The notes below the pieces were generated by a model that was not told the DNA's origin, made no database searches, and saw nothing but the letters and a program-made list of their open reading frames with translations. Below are positions 23,801 to 37,426 of a DNA stretch of 64,000 nt, in pieces. The first letter of the stretch is position 1. Each line of letters opens with the position of its first letter. This DNA is from Podarcis muralis (lineage: Eukaryota). The translations under genes were made by a program, and so were the position numbers. The DNA lies in contig NC_135661.1 of assembly GCF_964188315.1 (NCBI RefSeq), positions 58,466,001 to 58,530,000 of the forward strand, read 5' to 3'.

Positions 23801-26800
23801 CAGTGGTGAAAATTGCGTTAACTTGTTTTTCCTGTAATGTATGCTGTGCTGTGTGTGATTATGACAACGGGATTCCTGCCACACTGCTGCTTGTGAGATA
23901 AAGCTACTTTGGCAGTGTAAACAAAGTGGCATGGACTTTAAGAGATAAAGCACAGTCGGCTTAACTGTGGAACTATAGCTGTGGATGAGAAGCCTTGATT
24001 TCAGTAAGTCTGCTATTTGAGAGAGGCTTATAGACAGAGATATATTACAGAGAGCTCAAATGGTGGGTGGAGGTTGGAAGATTAGACACATTGAAATTCT
24101 CAGGGTCTGGACATTGACACATCCACACCTTCCTGGCTTTAGTGGAATATGCTTTCTGAAAAAAAGTACCCAAGGGTGCCATGACAAAAAGTAAAAGGGG
24201 CAGCCCCACTTTGGCCCCATCCCCATAACATAAGCAGCGCCTCTGCACATGAAAAGTTCCTTTAACTATGTTCATTTGGCCTCAATGCTGTTGAGAGATC
24301 ATGCAACCATGAATTTGTTCAATCCTTTTCTTTAAAGCCCTTTACAATATAGGTACCCCATGTTTAGCGACAATAAATCTCAAAAGTTAATTATGCCTTG
24401 TGTAAAACTGCTGATTCCTTTTACCTTTCCTGAACCTACCACCAAATCAAATTGGGTCATCCCAAATTATAGTATTATAGAAAGAAGAGGGGTGATTTTC
24501 CTAACCATTATCATGTCTTTGCTTTGTCATTCTTTTAAAAATAAAATTAATACCCCCCACAGGGAAATTACTCCTGTACAATGACATTGCATTACCAAGA
24601 TAGTATTTGGCTGGGGTGTGTGTGTGTAAATGATACAAGAAAAACAAAGAAATGGTAGGCACGAAGGGGCCTCTTCAGCAGAATTCTCTTCCCAAAGAAA
24701 CTTGCCTGGCACCTACATCAACATCATATTGGCACCAATTAAAGACTTGCCTCTTTCGCCAAATATATGATTATTTTCCCCCTCTCCTTTTCTTGCTGCT
24801 CTGGCCATTTTATTTTTATATACATATACATATATATGTATATACACACACACACATATATTACACACACAATCACACACACATATATATATGCATGCTT
24901 TTCTGCTATATCTCATCTTCAACACATACTAGGTTACAGTCATACATAAACTAATAGAAAAAAGATAGCATAGGTATAAAACATAAACATATGGTAGAAA
25001 TAACGTATCTATATTCTTCCAAGATTATTTAAATCCTCTATATCTTAAATTATTAAGTATGATCACTTCAGTGCTTTGAATCTCCTATATACTTTTGGAA
25101 TTTGTATTGTATCCTTTATTATTAATCATCTTGAGATTTTTTTGGCTAAGACAAGGAACAAATGAAACAACAAGAATACATAGATTCAACTAATTTCACA
25201 AAATGCCTCCCCACCCTCCACCTGTATGTAGGTTTAACACTCCAAGCTAGCATCCTCAAAGCAGGTTTGGCAGGCAGGCATCCACCAGGAGACTTCCCAC
25301 ACATTTGTTTACAGTTCCTGCCCTTTCTTAAGGCACTCAGCAGAGGTCAGGCTATGTCATGGATGTGAAACCTCTGGCCTGTGGGCCAATCTAGGGGGTT
25401 GGCCCTCCAGGGCTGGGGTGATAAGGATATGGGCTAGCTAGCCTAAAAAGCTTCTACACCCCTGCATTACACTGTTCTTAGACTCAAGTTTCCATGGTTT
25501 CTGCCCACACACCTATTTTCCAGGCAGGATCTCAGCCTGCCAGAACTGACTCTTCTGACCTTAAAAGACCAGCATGTGTATGCAGCAGCTAATGGCTGGA
25601 AAGTGGAGTGCAAAACTATCCTGGTTGCCTCTCCAGGCCAAGAAGGTGGCAGGGTAGCTTCACCCTTGCCAGTCTGGCACAGAAGACTGTGAGGATAGGG
25701 GGAGTGGCAGAGGGTGGGGGAAAGCAGCAGGAGAGGGGAGGGGAAGGTGCAACTTGGCTTTTCATGAGAAGCAGGTGCCTTGCAACCCTTCCTCATTATT
25801 TGCAAAAAGTCCCACTTGCCAGAGGTCACCCGTGGCTGAGCAGGAATTCTGAGAATAGCCTCCCATGATGAAGCATAACGCTTCCACTGCATCATGCACC
25901 AATCCCCAACCTGTCACCCTACCTCCTTCGGACCTTTCTACTGCAGCACCCAAGCCTAGAAGTTACTTTTTCTTTTAGTAAGGCCTGCATTTCAAAATCT
26001 GGGCCATCCCATCAGGTTTTGCTTTATGAAAGCAAACAGCATGTTGTGGACTTCAGTCACCCTCCAGGTAGATAGTTCACCCAAACACTTCCCTGACTGT
26101 GCGGTTTTTCAGTCCAAATCAGCCCCCAACTTACCATCAGGTTCATTGCAATAGGTGGCTGGGTCAGACTGAAGGCTGTACAGCCGAGCCTGGAAGAGGA
26201 CAGACAGGGAGAAGCATATGAGCACAAGACATTAATGGCGGGGACAGAGGCCACCTTTTGGGGGTAGAGGCTAGAGGCACCTTGGCACTGTCGTATAACT
26301 CTGTTGTTCCAGAAGGGGTCGCCATCAGGGTTATGACGTCACAGTCAATGGTCATATCTGGTGAAGGTGCAAATGTGTCGGAGATAACACCCAGGAAGTT
26401 GGAGAGCCCTTTTCTCACTTTCTCTGTCGCACCCGAGGAACTTTCCGTCTTCACAAAAACAAAGAAATTCACAATGAAAACTAATCTAAGGCAGAGTGGG
26501 CAGTATCCCACAAAGCCTTGCATTGCTATGGGCTTGATACACCAAATCAACAAAGAGAATAATGAAAAAAGTTGCGGGGAGAGGGGAATGGCAAACACAA
26601 ATGAAAACCTGCCAGCCCTTCCCAATGACATGCATTCCTGCCCCTGCCTCTCCCTCCATTTCTGTTTTTGATGCCCACTCACAGCCAGCTTCTCCTTGAC
26701 CACACTGGCAGTGGCAGCAATGGTGCAGGCTGTGTCATGCTGGACCACTTGCGTGAACTCGGTCAGGTCACGTTTCATGAACTCCAAGGCCTCTGTGGAC

Positions 26801-29315
26801 TGTAACAGAGTGAGAGGAGAATATACTTATTGTTGGGTACACTGTGGCTGAATTTCCAATGAGTGTGGTAGTTAGCCTGGGTTGGGGGTTAACAATCAAA
26901 GAACACCAAGTGTTTATCAATCTAAGAGTGTGGCCACCAGGAGGAGAAAACAGAATTCATACATCCAAAACAATAAGAACCTGACAGCTCTTGTTCCAAT
27001 CACCTCACGTGGCTTCAGGAGCATGTTCACAACTGATCCCAAAACAAGCATTTTTTATTCCAATAACAGGTACATGAAACATGACTGTGAGATGTGAATG
27101 CTACTCCAATGAACCAAAGTATTACCCTGGAAGATCAGGCCAAGGTGGGTCCATCTAGTTCAGCCTTCCCCAACCTGGGGTCCTCCAGCTGCTTTTAACT
27201 ACAACTCCCATCAGCCTCAAGATCCTACAGCCATGCTGTGTGGGACTGAGCTATAGTCCAAAACAGTTGGATAATACCAGGTTGGGGAAGGCAAGACTAG
27301 TTCAGTATTTCATTTCCAACAGCTAGAAGCAGGTGCCTGAGAAAGTCTCATAAGCAGGGGCACAAATATCATGGCCTTTCCCTGGGACCTAATACTAAGT
27401 AGTATAATAAGCAAAGAGGTTTTTATTACAAAGGGAGTCATCAGTCATTAATTCAGAAGTAGCCAACTTGATGTCCCCAGACCATGATGGACTCCCACCA
27501 GCCTCAGGCAGCATGGCCAAATATCAGTTTGAGCTGTGTCTTTTTGACATCCTCTCTCTCTCTAGTTTACCAGTGGATACAAAGCAGACCCACCTACCTT
27601 ATCTTTGACTGTCTGAAGGCTTTGCTGTAGCCAGCTCCTCCACCAGCCTCCATCTTCCCTATTACAGGACAAACATATGAAGCTGAAATTGGGAATTTTA
27701 CATAATAAACGCAAGACAAAGAATGCAGAACAGTCAGCTACTGCAGCAAATCCTACAACAGCAGCCTTTGTTTCTATGAAATGTTAACAGAATCTTTTTC
27801 CAACCCCAATTCAGGACCTTCCCTTTCAAGAGCCAATGCAGAAACACCTTAAAATCAGTACGGTACTACACTTGTGTCCTTGGCTTGACCTCCTCCTGCC
27901 ACAAGCAGAATAATAATTTAAATTCTTAGGCACACGTTCCAAAGATTTCAAAACTTGTGCGACACTTTCAAGCACTACTGCAGACCAAGGCCCCCATTTT
28001 TCTCATGAATTGTTACACATTACCTCCTTCCTTCTCTCTCTTTTGCCCTTTCTCAACATTACCTCCCAAAATAACCAATTACAAAATAAAAAGCACTTTA
28101 ACAACTTAGCAGGTAATTAAATACTTATTTAAGTTTCAGGGAGTATTATTGAACTCCTACAACATGATGTGAACGATGCAAAAAATGTAATACAAACTCA
28201 AGCCTCCTACAGTATTTACTAGAAATCTATGAAAAAGGGTATGAACAAAATAATCTCAGGCTTTTACAGCACACAGCCTCAAAGACATACAAGTGAATTA
28301 GAGGTTCCTGTGCCACCTGTTTAAATCATATAATTTAGTTTGGGGAGTAGTGAAAGAATGTGGATTTACTGGTTCCCTCCTCCCACACACAGCCTTTTTA
28401 GTTTGCCACAATTAATACATCATCATGGAACACACTATAACCACGAACATATTCTAGTGCTACTTTAGAGTTCTGTATATAAATGACTATACAAGTGATC
28501 TAAGAGCAGGGCTTGGCCAAGCAACCTTTGATTCAAAGCCTTCCTCAAACCATTAAACCCCCTGCATAGCAATCAACTGCACTTCAATCTCCATGCCCCC
28601 ACTATCTGTCACACTAAGGTACTACCTTACAAGGCAGCTCAACAGATGCACATGGCAAGAAAGGTAAAGCGAGTCAGTGATGAATAATCTCATATATTAA
28701 CAACAGACCTACAAAATGGGTCAGACTGCAACACAGTGGCTTACCCAAGGCTGCCAGAGAGTCTGAACCCAAGTCCCACACATCCAAACACATCATTTGA
28801 GGTGCTGTAACAAAGCAGATGTTTTTCAGGACCCTCTTTTCCAGTTGTCCCCAGTTATGCCCACTTTGACAATTCTGAGGCCTCACCGCACTATTAACCC
28901 CGAATTCCTAGATGTCTTCCTAATACAGCCAACGCTGCCCTACCCCCAAGCAATCCTAAACTGGCCCCCCCATACCATACAGTACAATCCTACCTTTCTC
29001 CTCCGCAACCTGTTCCCCTGAAAAACCCACACTTCATCTTCTGGCTTCGCGACCACCGCCAGGGCTGCCTCTACAAAACAAGAGTGCCCAGACTCAAGAG
29101 GGAGGGGGCGGGGCTAACAACACTAACTCAGGGCCAAGGAACGCTCTCTATGAATTACCAGCGGTACTCTTTCCTGCCTAATTAGTCCAGGGGTCCCGAG
29201 GCGGAGCTCTGGCACAACCTCCCGCCCCTCCTCCTCATTCGCCCCCAGGTCTCCCCCACGACAGTCGCAAAGGCACCACTCCCAGCGATACCAGTTACGC
29301 TCACCCTTCCGCCAT
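17891..29315 (-). CDS. BSDC1: BSD domain-containing protein 1, 453 aa, 11 exons: 29315-29305, 27658-27598, 26799-26683, 26448-26281, 26189-26135, 22818-22703, 22170-22102, 21052-20971, 19657-19112, 18835-18732, 17923-17891
   Basis: MAEG|EDGGWWRSWLQQSLQTVKDK|STEALEFMKRDLTEF..|ARLYSLQSDPATYCNEPD|G..EEKKGEISELL..|VPVAVSHSEFWQRYFYKVHQLEQ (BSD domain)..KSTPSNNGKK|GSSTDISEDWEKDFDLDM..|MEDEEWEDWE*. All junctions GT-AG with consistent phases; total 1362 nt. Confidence 0.96.
22880..23727 (+). mobile_element. Old CR1 fragments with an L2-like 3' end between them (BSDC1 intron 5)
   Basis: CR1 RT-like piece at 22880-23008 (CCTGAGGACTGGAAAG..ACCAATTTTT), L2-type tail ending AATAAATAAATAA at about 23288, then a CR1 3' end finishing GGCCTGATCCAGCAGGCTCTTATGTTCTTA. 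Confidence 0.6.
24817..24892. repeat. Compound (TA)n/(CA)n microsatellite
   Basis: Direct reading. Confidence 0.85.
27161..27293. mobile_element. hAT-type MITE
   Basis: TIRs CAGCCTTCCCCAACCTG / CAGGTTGGGGAAGGC with an internal ACTACAACTCCCATC. Confidence 0.7.
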
Positions 29316-29900
29316 CTTGGCCGTCTGACGTCACCAATATTTACTGACCTTTGACACCCGGCAGAAGCCCCGCCCTTTTGACGCAGCAACCGCCACTACT
29401 TCCGGGGGATCCCCCACTTTCTCTCAATCGGGCTATCACAACTTCAGTGTTACCATAGAAACACTTCCGGCTTCCACGATAGAGAGCTCTGGGTAGAGTG
29501 GCTTCCCTTGGGTTACACATCCAAGTAGAAAAGCCTTTTGGCGATGCCGTTGTTTTCGCATTATGCTCCTCACACGGGCGGCTGTCAAAAGGAACCCGGA
29601 AGTGAGGGCTGGAGTGGGGAGCGTCTTCTCTCACTCTCTTTTTAATCTGTATGTTTCTCCTTGGTTTGGTCGGCCTCTGTGGATACGGCAACTGCCGAGG
29701 GCCAAAAATGTTCGCGCGAAGCACGTTCAGCGTTTTCCTCCCTTCTCTCTGCAGCATCGAGGCGGAGCCGGGAGAAAGGTCCTCCCCTTTCCCCTCCCTG
29801 GAGTTTACGAAGGAAATTCCGTAGCCCCGTTGAAGTTAGCATTCTGCAATCACTCGCAGCTCTTACACATACCGGGATTTCACAATAACGCATTTAAAAT
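29316..29900 (-). promoter_or_regulatory. BSDC1 CpG-island promoter
   Basis: YY1-type AAGATGGCGG over the start codon, full CRE TGACGTCA at 29326-29333, CCAAT at 29334-29338, GC boxes, and ETS sites ACTTCCGG (about 29462 and 29396) and CCGGAAGTG (about 29596). Confidence 0.85.
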
Positions 29901-29916
29901 ATAATCTAATAGATAC

Positions 29917-29956
29917 GTATGTATGTATGTATGTATGTATGTATGTATGTATGTAT
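29917..29956. repeat. (GTAT)n microsatellite
   Basis: 10 units. Confidence 0.95.
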
Positions 29957-30002
29957 CATTTGCATTTTAAAACACTCATCCCTCCTCACCCGATCTCAAC
30001 AT

Positions 30003-30137
30003 GTTTGTTGGCATCCGTCTGTCCCGAGAGACCATGGAGCATTCCTCCAGGGATGAAGTCAAACCGCTGCGTAGGCAGCACCAAAGTGACTCTCCTGGAG
30101 CGCAAGCCTGGGCAGTGGGCATGGAAAGACTAGTGCA
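30003..30137 (+). repeat. Dispersed repeat fragment (second copy at about 47600-47860), family not identified
   Basis: Both copies share TTTGTTGGCATCC..CCTCCAGG..TGAAGTCAAACC..GCAGCAC..GCGCAAGCCTGGG. Confidence 0.6.
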
Positions 30138-31548
30138 GTGGTTACCAACTGTTGGTCCGTGGACCCCAGAGGGTCCATGTAACCCACACAGGGGGTCCGT
30201 GGCACCATTCATACAACAAAAACTAACACAGAGATATCAAAAAAATAATAACGAAAAGTAGAAAGTCCAAAAGTACTCCCTAAAGTAGGCTTTTGAAAAA
30301 CAGGGGGACCGCAGTACTTAGCTAATTGGGAACCACAGCTCTAGTGGTATCTGAGGCGTTGGTTGCGGGAGGGCCTGGGTGTTCCAACCCCCACAACATT
30401 CCTTATGGAGGGGCGGGCACCCACCGTTTTTTGTGCCAGGTGCGCGGAGGGAGCCCGCTGCGCCCAGCCCCGCCTGGCCCAGGAATGCTGTCCCAGCAAC
30501 GCTGTATCACTGATATCAACAGGATAACTCCTGCAATCTTTACCACTAACTTCAGAAGAGCCCAACACACTTTAATAGACTATACGGTGAACCAAGGTTG
30601 TAGGGGAACTTTTCTATCCAAGAAACTTAGCAGAACAATTTTGTGCCTGTCATCTCAGAAGTAAATCCCACTGTGTTCAATGGGACTTACGGGTAAATGC
30701 GCATAGGGTTGTGACTGTGCTGACTGGGGCTGGTAGGCGCTGCGGTTCAAAACATCTGGAAGGCACCAGGGTGGCAAAGGCAGTGTAATGGGGTGACCTT
30801 TCCATTCTATCAAGCACACAAATAATCCTAGAATAATCTAGGACCAAATGCACCAGCACCTCAAGGCTCCTGCTTGTTCTCCCCACCATTTATATACAAA
30901 TAAAACCAGAGGGCTTTTGTTAATGAAGGACACTCCTGTCATATGCTATATAAACAAAAAGAGCTGGTGCCCTTCATATGCTTTGAGCTTCAATCAGCCC
31001 CAGCCAGCACAGCTGTATTGTGCTAGTGCTATGGGAGCTGTTGGGAATTGTAGTTCAAAGCACCTGGAGGGCACCAGTTTTGGGAAGGCTGCCATAGTAG
31101 CTAAGAAACTCAAGTTTCCAGATAATTTGACCTGAACCCCTCTTGTCCAGCTATAATCATTAGCTTTATATTGCCATCTGTGCACATGACACTTTACAAA
31201 GAATAGACCCTTGGCCTGAAAACTACACAAGCGAGACAGCAGTGAAAGGGGAGGCAACTAGGCCTAAACTGTTCATCTCCTTTTCATCCTATCTTTCCTC
31301 CAAGGAGTGCTTGCCATCCCCAGGGAGACTTGCCTGGCACATTGGTTGTTATCTTACATACAACATAAACCCTATCTTATTCACTCAGGTCTTTGGTGGG
31401 TAATTTTAATTACTGGTTGTGGGTCACCACCACCATAATTTTAGAAATATTTTTAACTGCCACCCTAGGGAGTTCTTGCTTCTCTTATTAGTTGCACAAC
31501 TAACTAAAGACTAATTTGTTTTGAGACAATTTTTAGTAGTGAGCAACA

Positions 31549-31586
<38 letters not shown>
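31549..31586. repeat. (AAT)n microsatellite
   Basis: About 12 units. Confidence 0.95.
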
Positions 31587-31588
<2 letters not shown>

Positions 31589-32030
31589 TACATAATGGCA
31601 AACTGTTCTTATTTGTAGGAGAAAGGCAGTACACAATTTGTTGAAAAGAAATAAATACATTTAAGCCATGAACATCTAGTCTTCCTTGTATCTTTAGTCT
31701 TTAGTGTGTGTTGAAATTTAGCCTATACCTATCTTAGCAAGGCCACTCTTGTGCTCCTATATAGCTTGTGCTATTTATAGAGTAGGATGGATATTCCTCT
31801 TTTTTCTCTTTCTTTCTCATCTATCTATTCCTCCACTCCCTTGCTCCACAGGGAATTTCCAGAGGAAATACGCTTGGCTGATAAAGCAGCCAGTGAATTC
31901 ATGCCATCTGCTTTCAATCAGTGACTCTCTGAGAGTCGGCTTCACACAAGTTGGTGGGTCCAATTATTCTAGCATAAGGCTACCATATACCTATATTTCA
32001 GAAAGAATGCTTAATGCAGTACACACGCAT

Positions 32031-33982
32031 ATAGAATCATAGAATCATAGAATCATAGAATCATAGAGTTGGAAGAGACCACAAGGGCCATCGAGTCCAA
32101 CCCCCTGCCAAGCAGGAAACACCATCAGAGCACTCCTGACATATGGTTGTCAAGCCTCTGCTTAAAGACCTCCAAAGAAGGAGACTCCACCACACTCCTT
32201 GGCAGCAAATTCCACTGTCGAACAGCTCTTACTGTCAGGAAGTTCTTCCTAATGTTTAGGTGGAATCTTCTTTCTTGTAGTTTGGATCCATTGCTCCGTG
32301 TCCGCTTCTCTGGAGCAGCAGAAAACAGCCTTTCTCCCTCCTCTATGTGACATCCTTTTATATATTTGAACATGGCTATCATATCACCCCTTAACCTCCT
32401 CTTCTCCAGGCTAAACATGCCCAGCTCCCTTAGCCGTTCCTCATAAGGCATCATTTCCAGGCCTTTGACCATTTTGGTTGCCCTCCTCTGGACACGTTCC
32501 AGTTTGTCAGTGTCCTTCTTGAACTGTGGTGCCCAGAACTGGACACAGTACTCCAGGTGAGGTCTGACCAGAGCAGAATACAGTGGCACTATTACTTCCC
32601 TTGATCTAGATGCTATACTCCTATTGATGAGGCCCAGAATTGCATTGGCTTTTTTAGCTGCCGCGTCACACTGTTGGCTCATGTCAAGTTTGTGGTCAAC
32701 CAAGACTCCTAGATCCTTTTCACATGTACTGCTCTCAAGCCAGGTGTCACCCATCTTGTATTTGTGCCTCTCATTTTTTTTGCCCAAGTGCAATACTTTA
32801 CATTTCTCCCTGTTAAAATTCATCTTGTTTGTTTGGCCCAGTTCTCTAATCTGTCAAGGTCGTTTTGAAGTGTGATCCTGTCCTCTGGGGTGTTAGCCAC
32901 CCCTCCCAGTTTGGTGTCATCTGCAAATTTGATCAGGATGCCCTTGAGTCCATCATCCAAGTCGTTGATAAAGATGTTGAATAAGACCGGGCCCAAGACA
33001 GAACCCTGTGGCACCCCACTAGTCACTCTTCTCCAGGATGAAGAGGAACCATTGATGAGCACCCTTTGGGTTCGGTCAGTCAGCCAGTTACAAATCCACT
33101 GAGTGGTAGCATAGTCAAGACCGCATTTTACCAGCTTCTTTACAAGAATATCATGGGGCACCTTGTCAAATGCCTTGCTGAAATCAAGGTAGACTACATC
33201 CACTGCGTTCCCTTCATCTACCAGGCTTGTAATTCTGTCAAAAAACGAGATCAGGTTAGTCTGACATGACTTATTTTTCAGAAATCCATGCTGACTATTG
33301 GTGATCACAGCATTCCTTTCTAGGTGCTCACAGACTGTTTGCTTAATGATCTGCTCCAGAATCTTCCCTGGTATTGATGTCAGACTGACTGGGCGGTAAT
33401 TATTTGGGTCCTCTCTTTTCCCCTTTTTGAAAATAGGGACAACATTTGCCCTCCTCCAGTCTGCCGGGACTTCGCCTGTTCTCCAGGAATTCTCAAAGAT
33501 GACTGCCAGTGGTTCTGAAATCACATCTGCCAGTTCTTTTAATACTCTTGGATGCAGTTCATCTGGCCCTGGAGACTTGAATACATCTAGACTAGCCAAG
33601 TATTCTTGTACTATCTCCTTAGTTATTCTGGGCTGTGTTTCCTCTGCTGAATCATTTGCTCCAAATTCTTCAGGTCGGGCATTGTTTTCTTTATCGGAGA
33701 AGACTGAGGCAAATAAGGCATTGAGGAGTTCAGCCCTTTCTGTGTCCCCTGTTTGCATTTCACCATCTTCTCCTCTGAGTGACCCCACGGTTTCTTTGTT
33801 CTTCCTTTTGCTACGAACATACCCATAAAAGCCTTTTTTGTTGCTTTTAACCTCTCTAGCAAGCCTGAGTTCATTTTGTGCTTTAGCTTTTCTGACTTTG
33901 TGTCTACACGTGCTGGCTATTTGTTTGAATTCCTCTTTGGTGGTTTCCCCCCTTTTCCATTTTTTGTACACATCCTTTTTTA
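32031..33982 (-). mobile_element. 5'-truncated CR1 LINE (RT region of ORF2) with one frameshift
   Basis: ORFs 33971-32820 and 32823-32125 encode RT motifs ([38 protein letters not shown]). 3' tail (ATTCTATG)4. Frames join at [13 protein letters not shown], indicating a 1-nt loss near 32832. Confidence 0.96.
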
Positions 33983-36096
33983 ATATATATGTGCTAGCAT
34001 TCTCCCTCCAAGCTGGGAGTAGATTTGGAGCTGTAGGGGGTATAGATTGTGGACTGGGGAAATGCTGAGTACCACCTAGTCTGCAAACTAGGGGTTGTGC
34101 CTATGATGCTGTTGCTTGTATCCTGAGAAAATTCCTTTTATCCAGAGTGTAGCCTTCTGTTATTTTACATCTCTATAGATCCCAATCACAAAACATAAAT
34201 TTGTAGTAGCACATCTCTTTGTTTAAAGCACCCCTCTCCCTGGCCACAAATTCTCCCTTCCTCCTCTCCCTCCCTCCATTTGGAGTCTTTCTGGGGCAAC
34301 TGCCAAGAAATGCAGCAAGCCCAGGTGGGATCCAAGGGGTAGAGGACACAGAGGGGCTTTTTGTCTGCCTTCTTCCAGCTGCTACCTTTGACAGTTGTTT
34401 TGCAGCTGCCCTCACTTAAATTATTTATTTACTTAACTACATTTGTAGAACCATATTTGTATAAGCTCAAAACATAAAATGTTCACATACAATAAAAATA
34501 ACAAAATCAAACAACAAAATTCTGCCTACAAAATTCCAGCAGAAAGCATAAAACCAGATGTCTGAAAATCACACATGCACAAAACCAAAGCCACAGATTT
34601 TTTTATAAAAAACAAACAAACCCCTGAGGGAATTAAAAAAAAGTCTTCACCTGACACCAGAATGTAACCACAAATAAGCCCCCCTTTTCCCTTGTGTGCC
34701 ATGTTTTTCTTTTCTAGATTATAAACCTGTAGGCTAGGGATTGCTTGTTTTGGTAGTATGTAAGCCTCTCTGGGAGCCTTTTTGGCTGAAAAGCAGGGTA
34801 CAGATGCTCTAAATAAAGAATATATGATAGGGGTTTAGAGGAGTCAAAACATTTCACAAATGTACAGTGACAGGCTGATGGGAGTTGCAGCCCAAAACAT
34901 CTGAAGAACACCAGGTGTCATGAACTGGCAGGACAATGAGGAGAGAGGACAACCCAACAAGATGTGTAGCCATGACTGGTACACACCGGGGCAAGCTGGG
35001 GGTGGAGAAGGAGAGGTTGGGGGCATAGAAAGTACTCAAGGCCAACAGAGGGTGGCTAGGGGATGGGGGTCAGTACACAGGAAGCAGAGGAGCAGGACTC
35101 ATCCACAGAGCCAGAGGGGCCCCTGTGTCTATGAACACAGCAGGCTTGGAGGCATAAGAAGCAGCGGGGGGTAGCTGGCTATGTAGGGGCTTGTTAGCTC
35201 TGGAAGGAGGTGTGTGAGTCCTCAGCTGGAGTAAGCTCAGGAAAGGTAGGGTCACATGCTTTGTCAAACCCAGATGCTGCAGTCAACATTCATGGTATAA
35301 AATTGAAGTATAAAATTGGTATAAAAATGAAGTAGGAGGTGAGGAGGTCTGCTCAGCTTCCCACATTGAGGGACCTTGGTTTGGATGTTCTAGGAACTAC
35401 AGGATTACTTTTTGGGACTGTATGTACCAGTGGAGTCTTGCTGCCAGGTGTGCTAGGGGTTCAGGACACCAGGAGGGTAAAGACTGTGCTAGAGCCTTCA
35501 TACTGTTAAGGCATTACATTTTCTCAATCAACAGAAAGCAAAATTAAAACATGTTTCCCATGCAATGCTCTTTCTTAGGGCCAAGATGCTTTTGTAAAGT
35601 TTACTCACAAGTGAATCCCATTCAGCAAAGATCCTTTGGAATGTTAACTGAAAGTGTCCTCCTAGCATGTTATGCCCAATATCAGTTTGTTCCCAACCTA
35701 GGGGGTGTGTTCTATTCACAATACAACAGTTATTTAAAATTATTTCAAGAAACTGCATTATGAGCCCCTTGTGGTCCATGTGCATCAGCTGGAAAAGTGG
35801 AATAAGCCCCACCCATGGTGCTGATGCACCCAGTGGCCCTCCACACTGGTGCCATTCCGTCAGTGTATGAGGGAGGTTTATATATATGTACACTGAGATA
35901 TGTGTGCAGAGATCCTCCATGCAAGGGGAGGAGGATGGCCTTGCTTGGGCCTTGCTTTGGAACTCTTCAAGTCGTTGCCCTAGAAGTGAATACAAAACTA
36001 AGCTAGATGGATCAGTGGTGTGACTGAGCATCTAGACAGGTCTTTGGTCTGATCCAGCAGGACTCTTCTTAGGCATAGAAATTTATCAAATAAATA

Positions 36097-36505
36097 TGGA
36101 CCATAAAGAAGGCTGATCGGCAAAGAATTGATGCTATTGAATTATGGTGCTGGAGGAGATTCTTGAGAGTCCCATGGACTGCAAGAAGATCAAACCTATC
36201 CATTCTTAAGGAAATCAGCCCTGAGTGCTCACTGGAAGGACAGATCCTGAAGCTGAGACTCCAATACTTTGGCCACCTCATGAGAAGAGAAGACTCCCTG
36301 GAAAAGACCCTGATGTTGGGAAAGATTGAGGGCACAAGGAGAAGGGGATGACAGAGGACGAGATGGTTGGACAGTGTTTTCGAAGTACCAACATGAGTTT
36401 GACCAAGCTGCGGGAGGCAGTGGAAGACAGGAGTGCCTGGCGTGCTCTGGTCCATGGGGTCATGAAGAGTTGGACACGACTAAACGACTAAACAACAACA
36501 GCAAC
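36097..36505 (+). mobile_element. RTE-BovB LINE 3' fragment
   Basis: TGGACCATAAAGAAGGCTGA..LRVPWTARRSN..LKLRLQYFGHLMRREDSLEKTLMLGKIEG..GTCCATGGGGTC..GACACGACTAAACGACTAAACAACAAC. Confidence 0.92.
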
Positions 36506-37153
36506 AGGTATATTTATCTCTTAATTTGGCTTTGTTCAAATATTTTATCAGCCTTGAAGCTTGCTATAGGGAAGGGTCATAACTCAGCAGTAAGTACGGT
36601 ACATTTTTCTCATTCAGAAGGCCACATGTTCAACCCCTTGGCTGCCAATTAGCCACTGGGCAACATTCAAGGTGCTAGTGGTAGTGGTATACAAAGCCTT
36701 CTACAACCTGGGACCAGGTTACCTAAAATATTATCACCTCCCTTGAATACTTTACCAACTATTGTACTTGCAGGAGAGGGCATCCTACTGATATCACCTC
36801 AGCAAAAGCTCATTTTGTGTGATGTCAGAATTGGGCTTCTAGTGTGGTGGCATCTCCTACCCTTTGGAACTTAATCCCATTACATATCAGATGGGCGCCA
36901 TCTCTACTGTCTTGTTGGAATCTGTTGAAGACTTGCCTCTGTGATGGACAGGCCCTGGGTCTGCCTCCAGGTGACCCAGAGACCAGTGTTTGCTGGTAGG
37001 ACCACCACTCAATCCAAACAGAGAGTGGGGGAATTTAAGTGAGGTGACAGTTTAACCATCAGGTAGGGACTCTCCATGTGTATGAGAGAGGGACTATATG
37101 TGAGGATAGACAGTGACTGTCAGTGTGGGCAGTTGGGGTTTGAACTATCTGAG

Positions 37154-37232
37154 TTCGGTTAACTGGGCAACCCAGTTTTAAATCCTTAAATCCTTCGGTT
37201 AACTGGGCAACCCAGTTTTAAATATTAAATCC
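37154..37232. repeat. 40-bp tandem duplication, each unit with an AACTGGG-CAA-CCCAGTT hairpin
   Basis: TTCGGTTAACTGGGCAACCCAGTTTTAAATCCTTAAATCC followed by TTCGGTTAACTGGGCAACCCAGTTTTAAATATTAAATCC. Confidence 0.9.
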
Positions 37233-37270
37233 TAGAAGGGGCTGAGCAGATGGGAAAAGCCTAGCTTGCC

Positions 37271-37426
37271 CACTGCTTTTTTTTCCTTCCTTTTTAAAAA
37301 AATGTTTAGGGGTACTCTCATTTTCCTACTCATATTGAAATACTGCCTCTCAATGAGGCCAAACTTAGATTCACAAACTATTTAAGGGTATGCGTACCCC
37401 TGTGTCCCCCCAGAAAAAAAGCACTG
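37271..37426. mobile_element. hAT MITE
   Basis: TIRs CACTGCTTTTTTT / AAAAAAAGCACTG; 8-bp TSD AGCTTGCC / ACCTTGCC. Confidence 0.75.
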
